This document shows, one piece after another, positions 14,016 through 26,795 of a stretch of DNA of 64,000 bases. The notes under the pieces are model-generated. The model did not search any database, had not been told where the DNA came from, and was given only the letters and a program-made list of their open reading frames with translations. Source of the stretch: Octopus vulgaris. Its lineage: Eukaryota. The stretch lies in contig OX597817.1 in assembly GCA_951406725.2 (NCBI GenBank), positions 131,688,001-131,752,000 of the forward strand. The letters are read 5' to 3'. A program made the translations under genes and the position numbers. Each line of letters opens with the position of its first letter. Positions within the stretch are counted from its first letter, which is position 1.

Positions 14016-14094
14016 TACACAGAAAAGAAACACGGAGAGAAACAAGGAAAGAAAAAAATGTGTGCAGAAGCTAGCGAATCAACATGGCGATCTG

Positions 14095-14134
<40 letters not shown>

Positions 14135-14224
14135 GATCTGCATGTATATATATATGGCGATCTGCATATATATATATATATGATTGATTGATTCTAGTTT
14201 CAGCTCATGAGCTGTGGCCATGGC

Positions 14225-14330
<106 letters not shown>

Positions 14331-14844
14331 GTGCTTGTGTGTGTCTGCCTTTCTCCTCTCACCTCCTGACAACTGCTGTTGTTTTGGTTACATCTGTAAC
14401 GTAGCAATTTGGCAAAAGAGAACGATACGGTAATTAAGAGAACATAAAATATACATATACAGGCTAGCGTTGAGTTGTTCGACTACACTTTATCAGGGGG
14501 GAGCTCCAGCATGGCCGCGCATAAAATATAAAAGATAGAAAATGGAAAAGACTATGCGTGTGTATGCGTGTCTGTGTATGTCTGTATATCTATGTTTGTC
14601 CTCCACCATCGCTTGACAACCGATGTTGGTGCGTTTACATCCCCGTAAATTAGAGTTTCAGCAAAAGGGACCGATAGAATAAGTACTAGGCTTACAAAGA
14701 ATAAGTTCTGGAGTCGATACGTTCGGCTAACAGGTGGTGCTTCAGCGTAGCCGTAGTCAAATGACTGAAACAAATAAAAGAGTAAAAGAATAGATAAATA
14801 AATAAAATACATGCGACTGTTGACCAAACATCATAGTGACCCTG

Positions 14845-15160
14845 ACGTGTCTTAGTGGTTAGCGTATTTACCTAAGGATCGTAAGGTCGTCAGTTCCAAT
14901 CCTGGTGGCACGTCGCGTCCTTGAACAAGACACTTTATTTCTCGTTACTCTAGTCCACTCAGCTGGCAAAAATGAGTTGCACCTGTAATTCATAAGGGGC
15001 AGCCTTGTCACGTTCTCTGTCCCGCTGATTCTCCGTGAGAACTACTTTAAGGGTAAGCATGTGTGTGGAGTGCTCGGCCACTTGCTCGTTAACTTCACGA
15101 GCAGGCTGTTCCGTTGATCGGTTGAACTGGAACCCTCGCCGTCGCAACTCACGGAGTGCC
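14845..15160 (+). mobile_element. tRNA-derived SINE family C
   Basis: tRNA-like head, then GTCCTTGAACAAGACACTTTATTTC. An inverted homologue lies at about 44655-44960 and partial ones near 31250-31490 and 60410-60540. Confidence 0.7.
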
Positions 15161-15253
15161 TGTCATCCTAGCCTCGAAGTAAATGTGTATAGAACTTTTC
15201 TTTAGACTTTTATTATTGACCAAAGTTATATGTCCCAAGCTTTCTACACACTC

Positions 15254-15290
<37 letters not shown>

Positions 15291-16514
15291 TTTCTATCTC
15301 TCTCAATCCTTCCCTGTCTGCCACTTTCTTACATACCCGCGCGCATTCACGAGCGCACACATAGATATACAACCACACATAACATATATGCACACATACA
15401 CACAAGCTTATATGTACACATTTACACATGCGCACACGGCAACATTTACACATCATACGTACTTGCGAGTGCACACACAGCTATATAACCACACATATAT
15501 ACAACACTAACACATATTTGCATACATAAATATGCACTCATGAACTCATACACTGATATATGATCAAAAAAACATACGCACACTCACAGCATACACTCAA
15601 GCATATACATACACCAAGACAAAAAAGCACACACACAAACACACACACACATGCACACACACACTCACACGCACACACATGCACGCATACGAACATCTAC
15701 ACTAGTATACAATCGCACATGCATTCACACAACGTAAACACACACTCACACAGATGTTCTCTCTTTCACACACATATATACTCATACTATCCGTGACTCA
15801 ATGTATGTTTATTAGTGATTTCACGATAGTTACGGCATTTTAATTAGAAATTTGATTTTGCCTTAATTATGGTTATCGTTTAATCAGGATGACTTCGTGC
15901 TCCCGGGCGGAAACTGTCAGCGAAAGGTAATGAAATCCAAACTCCTATTAAAAACCAGAACGTCAACCAACGTATTGAACACTAGCCAATATTTTGAACT
16001 CAAAAGCATTTCGCTGCTGGAGATAAGCGAAACGTTGTGACCGAATTTTGCTCTCAGAATTCTAAGCTTTGTTCCTTATGTTGATATTGTTAATGTAGGA
16101 AATCTATACTATAATAAATAAAACTGCTTACCATTTCATTATATGCATGTCACTTTATTAGAAGAAAGTATTTATTAATGTTTACAATGTTTAGAAAGAT
16201 CCTATAAATTCTAATTTAATATAAATTTTTTATATCAAAATGTACTCTCAAGATTCTTTCAATATGAATGATGTCAACGATAGAAAAATAACTTTCATTC
16301 ATTGCGACATAGCGTCTTTAACATAGCGTGATTTCATTCTCCCCTGTTAATTCTCTCTCTTTTACATTTAGGTCTATAACATGAACTCCATCACATATTT
16401 TAACTGATCGTAAGCGCAGGGGTGGCTGTATGGTAAGCCTTGTGTGAGGATTTGGTAGACGGAAGCTGAAAGAAGCCCGTATGTGTGTGTGTTTTTGTCC
16501 CCCCCCCCCCCAAT

Positions 16515-17973
16515 GTCGATTGACGATTTTGGGTTATGTATCCTAGATCCTGTCATTATTTTTCTTGTTTTCCTATCTATTTTGGTTAGTTCATTTAGTG
16601 TCCAGTTAAGGATATTGTAGCTGTAACTTATAACTGGGACGGCTAAAGTGTTAATACCAATTATCTTGTTTTTAGCGTTGAGCTCTGTTTTTAGTATTGA
16701 TCTCACTCGTCTATAGTATTCTTTCTTTATTTTCTCTTTCATTTGTGTGTGTTGTATCTTATCTAGTTCATGGATTCCTAAATATTTGTAAGTTTGGCTT
16801 TGGTCTAATTCTCGTGTTTCATTGGCTTTATCTAGTGTGATGTTGCTACTCTTAACCAGTTTCCCTCTTTTCAGGGTTACTTTGACGCATTTTTCTAATC
16901 CAAATTTCATATCTATTTCTTTGGTGAATCCATGAAATGCCTGTAGAAGTGTTTCCAGCTGTTTGTCATTTGTAGCGTACAGTTTTAGGTCATCCATATA
17001 TAAAAGGTGGCTGATCATTTTGCCGTAACATTTATATCCGCATCCAGTTCTATTTAGTATACCAGATAGAGGTGTCAGTGCCAAGCAGAAAAGGAGTGGA
17101 GAGAGCGTGTCTCCATGGAATATTCCTCTTCTAATGGGGATGGCTTTGGTTTTCCCAAGTCCCTCTTTTGCTTGGAGCTGTAACACTATCTGCCATTTAT
17201 TCATAGAGTGTCCTGTGTATTTTATAATTGTTGGTGCTACCTTGTTAATGGCTAATGTTTCGAGGATCCACGTGAGAGGAATGCTATCAAACGCCTTCCG
17301 GTAGTCGATCCAGGCCATACTGAGGCCTTTTTTCTTTCTGTGGCTCTCTTCAGTTATGGCTTTATTGATCATTAGTTGATCTTTACAGCCATATGAGCCT
17401 TTGCAGCATCCTTTCTGCTCTTCTGGTAACAGGTTGTTTTCGTCCAGGTGCTTGTTCAATCTTTGCGATATTACTGCAGTAAGGGCTTTGTACATTGCAG
17501 GGAGACAGGTTATAGGCCTATAGTTTTCTGGTTTTGCTGTTTCATTGGATTTGGGAATTAAGATGGTTTTCCCTTTCGTGAGCCATTCAGGCATTGTCTC
17601 TGGCTCTGCTAGTATGTCGTCAAAATTTTCAGCCAGCTTTTTGTGCATTCCAGTCAGATTTTGGGGATCTTGTCGTGCCCAGGTGCCTTTCAGTTGCTTA
17701 GTCTTTGCAGTGCCTGAGTGACCTCTTCAGCTGTTATGGGAGTCCAGAGTTGCTCAGGTGCTAAGTTTGTTGTTTTAAAACTCCTTTTTTTGGTTGTTCA
17801 TTTGTCGACTGCATTTCTTTCCAGAATTCTTCCACTTCTTCTGCCGTTGGTGCTGCAGTGATGTCTATTTTATTTTTGCCAAGTTTTTGGTAGAACTTTT
17901 TGGGGTTGGAGATGAACTGTTTGTTTTGTTCAAAGAAATGTTGGCGTTTCTCATACCGGCGGATCCTTTGTGC

Positions 17974-17975
<2 letters not shown>
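16515..17975 (-). mobile_element. R4/Dong-clade LINE RT fragment
   Basis: The 424 aa ORF has EEQKGCCKGSYGCKDQL, AWIDYRKAFDS, GIFHGDTLSPLLFC, HLLYMDDLKLY and YKYLG. The 5' end abuts (TAA)n. Confidence 0.9.
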
Positions 17976-18037
<62 letters not shown>

Positions 18038-18062
18038 GTAGTAGTAGTAGTAGTAGTAGTAG

Positions 18063-18180
18063 TATCCAGGTCACTGCCTGGAAGTGAACTCGGAATCTTG
18101 AGGTTAGTATCCCGCGCACTTAACTACTACGCGGGCTACTAGCCCCAAGATTCCGAGTTCGCTTCCAGGCAGTGACCTGA

Positions 18181-18227
<47 letters not shown>

Positions 18228-18460
18228 ATAATAATAATAATAATATGAAGAAGAAGAAGAAGAAGAAGAGGAAGAAAAACAACAACAACAGCAACGAAAA
18301 ATACCCCAGTAATTAGAACTCGGGTTTGAAATTTCCCCAAAACACCTGATGAAGGCTGGAGGGTATATCAATCGAAACGTTGTGTTAACAACAAACAAGA
18401 TGAGGACAAATATCCGTTTAATGTAAGTAATGTAAATAATGTAAGTAATTTATATAAACT
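18063..18460 (+). mobile_element. tRNA-headed, hammerhead-containing short element with an inverted 5' duplication
   Basis: Homologous along its length to 20324-20690. The tRNA heads sit head-to-head at 18063-18180. Confidence 0.8.
18341..18386 (+). ncRNA. minimal type I hammerhead ribozyme
   Basis: AACAC-CTGATGA-A-GGCTGG..TCAATC-GAA-ACGT-T-GTGTT has a canonical core, a perfect 5 bp stem I and a palindromic helix III. Stem II is partly mutated. Confidence 0.75.
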
Positions 18461-18859
18461 GAGGTCTTGATAGAGGCTGAGATGAATGATTTCATTATAA
18501 ATTCTATCACTATCTGTGAGTGACTGTTATTTGTTGTAAATTTTTTTATTGAACGAGTGAGTACTATAAGTGAAATAAAGGATACAAAGAGAAATTAGAC
18601 ATCAAATATGTAAATATTTTTAAGTGGAAAGCAGAAAACCGTCCTTCTAGAATTTGTTAAATGAATATTTGATAAAATGAAATTTCCCAGAGATACTGGC
18701 ATTACAGAAAAAAAATGAAAACAAAAAAGTATGTAAGGTAAGGTGAATTGGTATGGCTGTTATGGTATAGGTCATAAAATACTCATATGATACCTGCTAT
18801 TTTTAGCATACTACACAACTACAGAGAGGGAAGATTTTGAATTTGTTTAAAAGAGGAAG

Positions 18860-20087
18860 ATTAAGGCTGCTATGAAATACTAAAAGAAATATTTACTGTT
18901 CCAGCTGAATGGCGCTTATTCATTGATTCATCTAAGACAAGCCTCAAGGCAGTACTACTACACAACGGCAATAAGAAACCATCCATTCACGTAGGACATT
19001 CAGTGCACATGAAGGAGTGTTATGAAAATATGCAAGTACTTCTCAATGCCATAAAGTATACAAACTACAGCAGGAAAATATGTGGAGACTTGAAGGTGAT
19101 TGGAATGTTGATGAGAATGCAATTTGGGTTCACCAAATATTGTTGCTTTTTATGCCTATGGGACAGTCATGCAACTAACAAGCACTATGTGCAATCAGAG
19201 TGGCCTTTGCGAAAATCATACAAGCCGGGGGTTTCTAGAGTCCAGATTAAGCCACTTTTAAACCCAGAAAATGTTCTTCTTACCCCTCTTCACATAAAGC
19301 TTGGCCTCATGAAACAATTCGTGAAGACACTTGCCAAGAAAAGCTCAGAAGGTTTTGAATATGTGAAGACCAAATTTCCAAAAATCACCGAGGCAAAACT
19401 GAAGGAGGGTGCATTCATAGGTCCGCAGATAAAAGAACTCCTGAAGGACAACCACATCCTTACAGCACTGGATGAGATTGAGCTTAAATCCTGGGAATCC
19501 TTCAAATGGCTCTGTGAAAATTTCCTAGGCAACAAGAGATCTCTAGAGTTTAGAAATGGACTGAAATGTCTTCTAGACTCCTACGCTGCAATGGGCTGTT
19601 AGATGTCACTAAAAGTCCATTTCTTTGATTCGTATCTGGACTTTTTTGCAGAGAACCTTGGAGCAGTGTCTGATGAGCAAGGGGAACGCTTTCATCAAGA
19701 TATTGCATCGAGAGAACAACGATATCAAGGATTTTGGAATGCAGGAATGTTAGCTGACTACTGTTGGATGTTATACAGGGATGAACCTGAGACAAAGCGC
19801 CATAGAAAGTTCAAATCCCAAAGAGTTTAAGTTGTTATGCATTTAAGTGTATTCTAACTTATTTGTACACAATAATTTTAATTTTGTACAATAGAAATCC
19901 ATGAAATTAACATATCTTGTATTCAATATACTTTATATTGACATGCTTTGCGTATCCTATAAGTGAAAACAGCAGGTATCATTAACATAAAAATGTGACC
20001 TGATAGAGGAAATCGGACTCCAGATTCGTAATCAGCATAAAAAATTAACCCAGAAAAGTCAATCAACAACTCTGATTTTGTTACCAG
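18860..20087 (+). mobile_element. Chapaev3-like (CMC, Transib/RAG1-related) DNA transposon, 3' half
   Basis: WRLFIDSSKTSLKAVLLHNGN, ICGDLKV, TKYCCFLCLWDS, PLHIKLGLMKQFVK, MSLKVHF and SDEQGERFHQDI. One premature stop at about 19600. The family name is from recall of these motifs. Confidence 0.75.
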
Positions 20088-20323
20088 ATTAAAAAAAAAG
20101 TACTGGGCTGTATTTGATTGACAAAACGCTTCAAGACGTTGCCCTAGTATGGCCGGAGTCCAGTGACTGAAACAAGTGAAAAATTTTTAAAACACGTTTA
20201 TATAATCTGCTTAATGTTATCAGATGTTTATTGTTATCGAAAGGGTATCATCACTAAGTCATCACAATAAGCGGCTTTCATTAATCTACATAATTATTAG
20301 ATATTATTATTAGATATTGTAGT

Positions 20324-20554
20324 ACAGTTCTGTATTTAAGAGATGAGGAATTATTTCCATTAATTACATTTGACGAATATTTGTCCTCATCTTGTTTGTT
20401 GTTAACAAAATGTTTCAGCTGATATATCCTGCAACCTTCTTCGGGTGTCTTGGGAGAATTTCGAACCTGGGTTCTCATTCCTAAGGTATTTTTCGATGTT
20501 ATTGTTGTTGTTTATTGTTACTATGATTATTATTATGATTATTATTTTTATTTC

Positions 20555-20612
<58 letters not shown>

Positions 20613-20690
20613 TTTCAGGTTACTGCTTGGAATCGAACTCGGAATCTTCGGGTTAGTAGCCCGCGCTCTTAACCACTACGCTATATGCCC
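20324..20690 (-). mobile_element. full-length tRNA-headed hammerhead element with target-site duplication
   Basis: A box TAGCGTAGTGG, B box GAGTTCGATTCC, (TAA)n linker and a decayed hammerhead at 20400-20450. TAGATATTGTAGT occurs at both 20311-20323 and 20700-20712. Confidence 0.8.
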
Positions 20691-21654
20691 TTAGATATGT
20701 AGATATTGTAGTCTTTTGTTATTGTTATACTTGCTGTTTCACCCATGTCTAGACCTGACCGAGCAGACCTATTTCAAAAGCGTCCCAGTCGTGACAATCT
20801 CGTCTTTGTTTTTAAGGCAATTTTCACGTAAGGCATTCTACATTATCTGATTTTGTCCTTCTTATAATTCCTGAATATTGTTTGTGATTCGGGGGGGTAA
20901 AATTAACTGCTATTTATAGAAAGTCATGCGACCATATAGAAGTTCCCACACTCGATTGTATTCCTATTTATCCGCTGATCAACCCTGATTTAACTTGCAT
21001 TCAAGTTGTGACCACCCTGCCTTGTGAAAACAATTAGTGTTAAAATATATAACGCAGCGATTTACGACCACTGCTCTCAGGTCTTCATGCGGCCCTCAAG
21101 CATCCATCCAGCGGCCCTCGACGGTATTCTCCCCATAAAAAAATTATTTTTTTCTTTAATTCACTTGTTTTACTTTTTTGTTGCGGCTTCCTAAAAAAAA
21201 TCCAGGTTTTGAATCTCGTCCAAATATTCAAAGGTTTGAGAACAACTGATTTAATGCATTCTTGAACGACAATGAACGCCTTAGAGGTAATCTGGCAAAT
21301 TGTTTCTTGTATGTTGCTGGCTTTCATAGCAACTCTCTTCTTGGTCTGTCATATAGCGGTACGTTTGTTTGCTTCCGTTGTGATAAGACGTCTGTGGAAG
21401 GAAAAAAGACAAAACACGTAATTCTTTATTATATGAAAATGGAATCGGTTAAAGACAAAGTGTTTAAGTGCAAAACCAATATTTATCGATCATTGGCGAA
21501 TTGTTTTCTAATTTATAGAGAGAAATTTCTTTCCACAGAGAATAGACGACGTTTTCTGGTCGTGTTTGAATAATGGAAAGTATAGTGTAACGAGCAGAAT
21601 AAATTAAAAGAAAATTTATATAAATTTGTTACTTAGGTGCAGGCGTGGGTGTAT

Positions 21655-22037
<383 letters not shown>

Positions 22038-22449
22038 GCACGTTATATTTGAATGATCGGACGTAAGTGAAAAATCCAATTCTTAATATAGGTTCTGCTA
22101 AACTAATCTATTGAACGTTCTGGTATGTTTTCTATAAATTAGTTATCAGCATGAGGCAGAATTTTGGTGGTAATGTTTCTATTAAAAGATAGGGAAACAA
22201 TATCTGTCGATCCATTTTTTAGACGGAAAAATCTAATCGAATATGAAGGTGTGTGAAGATTCAATTACTAGTTGCAATTGCATTTAGTTTCAGCTGGTGA
22301 GCTGGAAGAACCGAATGTATTATAGTGTTATAAATCTAGTCAACTGCCTTCGCTGCGTCTACGATATTTCCTTGTGTGTCTGTGTGTGTGAAAGTTAAAA
22401 CAATCTACCTATATACGACCCGATGAAGGAGCCACATTTGCTCACCTTA

Positions 22450-22950
22450 TGTGAAATAACAGACAGATCATCTTCACATTTTATAATGTCTTCTGTTTTA
22501 AGAAAAGGTCACAAATAATGACAAAGCAACCATACTCTGAGATATGCCAATACACACAGATAGAGGAATCAAGGCTAATAGACCAGATATAGTTGTCAGC
22601 GATCAGTGAGGGAAAAAATGCCTTCTGATCTATGTATTAATACCAACAGATGAAAATGTATCTCTAACGGAAGCGGAGAAGCTATCAAACTCTGGAAATA
22701 GAGGTAACTCGAATTTGAAGACTAAAAACAGAAACAATTCCTATAATAGAAAGGAGCATTATGCATGAAAAAAAAAAAACATTCAGACAAATACGTAACC
22801 AAAACACCAGGGCTTACAAATGTATATAACATACAGAAAATAGCACTGCTAGGCACCGCGAACGTTTTTATTAAAGCACATACTCAAGACATACAGAGCT
22901 GGACTCGGTAGTGCAGTGAAAGCACCTGATGAAAATAAGACTACTGAATA
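22450..22950 (+). mobile_element. decayed R4/Dong 3' end (REL domain + tail)
   Basis: TIL-DMPIHTDRGIKANRPDIVV and IQKIALLGT, followed by (TAA)n. Confidence 0.75.
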
Positions 22951-22959
22951 ATAATGATG

Positions 22960-23020
<61 letters not shown>

Positions 23021-23039
23021 CAACAACAACAACAACAAC

Positions 23040-23086
<47 letters not shown>

Positions 23087-23117
23087 TAACAATAACAACA
23101 ACAACAACAACAACAAC

Positions 23118-23206
<89 letters not shown>

Positions 23207-23207
23207 A

Positions 23208-25298
23208 GATGCAGACGAGGCTCATACGGATGCAAAAATCAGCTTCTAATTAATCGCATGATCCTTGAGAACTGCCATAACAAGCGCAGAAATCTCAGCT
23301 CTTCATGGATTGATTATAAAAAAGCCTTTGACAGCATACAGCATTCGTGGATTCTGAAATCGCTGGACATTTTCAAAATTTCTCCTGTGATTTCAGATTT
23401 TTTAAAGTATAATATGTCACTATGGAACACGAAGCTCCAACTATATCATTCTAATGGAGTATTGCGCTCAAACAACATTAGCATAAACTGTGGAATTTTC
23501 CAAGGTGACTCACTTTCACCACTAATTTTCTGCATAGCACTAATACCACTCTCAAGTGAACTGAATAGAACAGGATATGGCTACAAAATTGACAACAGGA
23601 AAATAAGCCATCTATTTTATATGGATGATTTAAAGCTATATGGCAAAAATGATGAAGAGCTTGAAGGATTATTACATACCGTGAAAGGATTCAGTGATGA
23701 TATCGGGATGGAGTTTGGCCTTGAAAAGTGTGCCAAAGCCACTTTTAAGAACGGGAAATTGGTTAAAGTCTAGTTCAATCGAATTAGATGTCGAAACAGT
23801 AATAAAGCAACTTGAGCAGGAACAAACCTATAAATACCTAGGAATAAATGAAGGCTCTGGTATCCAGCATGCAAGCATGAAAGAGAAGGTTAGGAAGGAA
23901 TGTTATAGAAGAGTTCGAGCAGTCCTGAATCTGAGCTGAATGCATTTAATAAGGTGTTAGCCATAAATTCCTTAGCAGTACCAGTTGTTCTTTATAGCTT
24001 CAATGTGCTTAACTGGAATACCAGTGAAATAATGAAAATTGACGGAAAAATCCACAAGCTACTGACTTGTAATAAGATGCACAATCCAAAGGCAGACGTG
24101 GATCGCCTTTACCTTCCCAGAGCTCAGGGAGGTCGAGGTTTGATCCAGCTTGAACTTACATACAAAACCACCACAATCGGACTGGCCAAATACCTTGAAG
24201 AAACCAACGATTGGATGCTAAAACTTCTTGAAAAACATGAAAGACCGAAAAAACTTCACTCTATTCTCAAAGAGAGCAAAAAATTCGCTGCTGATCTCTT
24301 AGATACCCACCAGATTGATCAGGCTGAAGGAAATGCGCCAACTGCAGCTGCAAAGAAAATAAAATTAATTGCAAAGACAAAAGCACATGAACATTTAGCT
24401 AGCAGATGGGAACAGAAACTTCTCCATGGCAAGTATGTGGCCCATAGCAAACAAGCTGATGTCGACCAGAAACACACGTACCAATGGTTACGAAGCTCAG
24501 GGCTAAAAGCCAATGTGATAAAAACTACCAAGCCAATGTGATAAAAAATGGAGCTGACCCAAAATGCCGATTCTGTAACGATGAGATTGAAACAATAGAC
24601 CACCTAATCTCTGGGTGTAGAGTCTTAGCACCTGCAGAATATAAAGCAAGACATGACAGAGTCGGCCAGTATTTACATTGGACAATATGTCGGTATTATA
24701 AAATCAATACCGCTGACAAATGGTGTAAACACCATCCTGAAGCTGTGACTGAGGGAGAAAATGTGTCGATTCTATGGGACTTCCCCGTACAGACCGACAA
24801 GTCTATAAAAGCTAATAAACCGGATTTTATTATAAAAGATCAGACAAAAAAGATGTGTTTATTAATTGACATGAGTATCCCTTGCGATCCCAATATAGCG
24901 GCGAAAGAATTTGACAAGATTAGTAAATATAAAGACCTGTTAATAGAAATTGAAAAAATGTGGCCTCTCAAAGCGACTACAGTACCAGTGATTGTAGGAT
25001 CACTAGGAATGATAAAAAAGGTACTGAAACCTATTTGAAAATGATTCCAGGCTTACCATCCCTATAGGAAGTGCAAAAAGTTGTATTAAATGGAACGGTT
25101 CATGTACTGAGAAGAGCATTATCGCTGTGAAAACAACATCCATCCATGAATGTATTTATTTATTAATTTTTAAATACATATTTTATCTGTGAATTTGCGC
25201 GTGTAATCTGGGAATGCATACAATGAGCTTCTCTGCCCTAGGTGTATAGAAACACTCGGCGAGAAACGGAAGAAAATTTGAAGAAAGAAGGAAAAAAC
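23208..25298 (+). mobile_element. R4/Dong-clade LINE, 5'-truncated
   Basis: RT (GIFQGDSLSP, YMDDLKL), CCHC (CRFC..ETIDHLISGC), RHD and REL motif KPD..D..K. (TAA)n on both flanks. Confidence 0.92.
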
Positions 25299-25371
<73 letters not shown>

Positions 25372-25589
25372 TAATAATAATACCCAAGGCACACAGAGTT
25401 GCGCTCGGTAGTGAAGTGAAAGCACGTTATAAAAATAAAATTACTGAATAATAATAATAATAATAATTATAATAATAATAATAATAACAACGACAACAAC
25501 AATAACAATAATAATAATGATAATAATAATAACAATAATAATGATGATAATAATATTAATAAAAATAACAACAGTAAAAATAACAATAC

Positions 25590-26405
25590 TTCGCATGGCC
25601 AATTTTGGAGAGCCACTGAAGTCGTATGGGGAGCAAAATCCTGGCCTTGAAAAAAGAAACAGACCCTAATTGTAGCAGCCCAAGAACAAGCAATAAAAAC
25701 AAACAACTTAAGAAAAAATACATATGAAGGGAACGTGTCAGAAAAAATGTAGACCCTGCGGAACTTGGAACGAGACAGTTACACACATTGTGGCAGAATT
25801 CCGCAAGTTGGCACAAGAAGAATACAAGAAATGGAAGCACGACCAAGTTGTAAATGTTTTACACTGGAAACTTTGCCGGAGATGGAGATTTGAAGCCTGA
25901 GACACATGGTACTATCATAGAGTCGAAAGAGGACAAGTGTAGGAGAAATGTACGATTTTGTGGGACTTTCCATTTCAAACGGACCAAAAAATAGAAAGCA
26001 ATAAGTCAGATATTACAATCATATATAAAGAAAAGTGAAGTTGCTTATCGACCCATCATACCCATTTGATTAGTAAATATAATCGAAAAGGAAGAGGAAG
26101 AAAAGCACAGAAAACACAACCCTTTAAAATTTGAAGTAATAAGAATTTGGAGCATGCGAACAATAAAGGTCGTACCTATAATAATTACTGCGCTGAGAAC
26201 AGTAGACCAAGATATAGATAAATGGCTGAAGGAAATTGGAACAGAATGCCCGGTAGAGCTCTTACAGAGTATTTGTCTCTTAGGAATAGCAAGGATAATC
26301 AGGAGGGTTCTAAGCACTTGAAAAACTGCTGAAGATCACAAGTAGTAACCCGCTATCCACCAAATCCCTACCAGGAATAAAAGGGTACTTCAGTCAAACC
26401 AAAAT
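25590..26405 (+). mobile_element. decayed R4/Dong-clade 3' fragment of a different subfamily
   Basis: LHGQF, LKKETDPNCSSPR (frameshifted equivalent of LIxAAQEQAI), ILWDF and LLQSICLLGIARIIRRVLS remnants between (TAA)n and (TAC)n. Confidence 0.7.
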
Positions 26406-26441
<36 letters not shown>

Positions 26442-26518
26442 AACTACTGCTGTTGCTGCTGTTGCTACTGTTGCTGCTGTTGCTGCTGCTGCTACTACTG
26501 CTGCAGCTACTACTACTG

Positions 26519-26555
<37 letters not shown>

Positions 26556-26729
26556 AACTGCTGCTGCTCTTTCCCTTTCCTCCTCCTCCTCCTGCTCCTC
26601 CTCTTGCTCCTCCTCTTGCTCCTCCTCCTGCTCCTCCTCTTCCTGCTCCTCCACCCCTCCCCCTCCTCCTCCCTCCTTCTACTCTTACTACTACTACTAC
26701 TACTACTACTGCTGCTACTACTACTGTTG

Positions 26730-26795
<66 letters not shown>

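Noticed and set aside
14083-14170. Three copies of ATGGCGATCTGCA separated by (AT)n
   Set aside because: Explained by slippage or unequal exchange within the (AT)n tract.
20615-20690. tRNA gene with ACT anticodon
   Set aside because: A and B boxes are present, but the acceptor stem does not close. It is a SINE head.
22408-22445. CCGATGAA-GGAGC..GCTC half-hammerhead
   Set aside because: Lacks GAAA and helix III, so at best a truncated relic.
22925-22945. CTGATGA as a hammerhead core
   Set aside because: No stem II or downstream GAAA/UH geometry. It is part of the Dong tail and not conserved in the other two copies.
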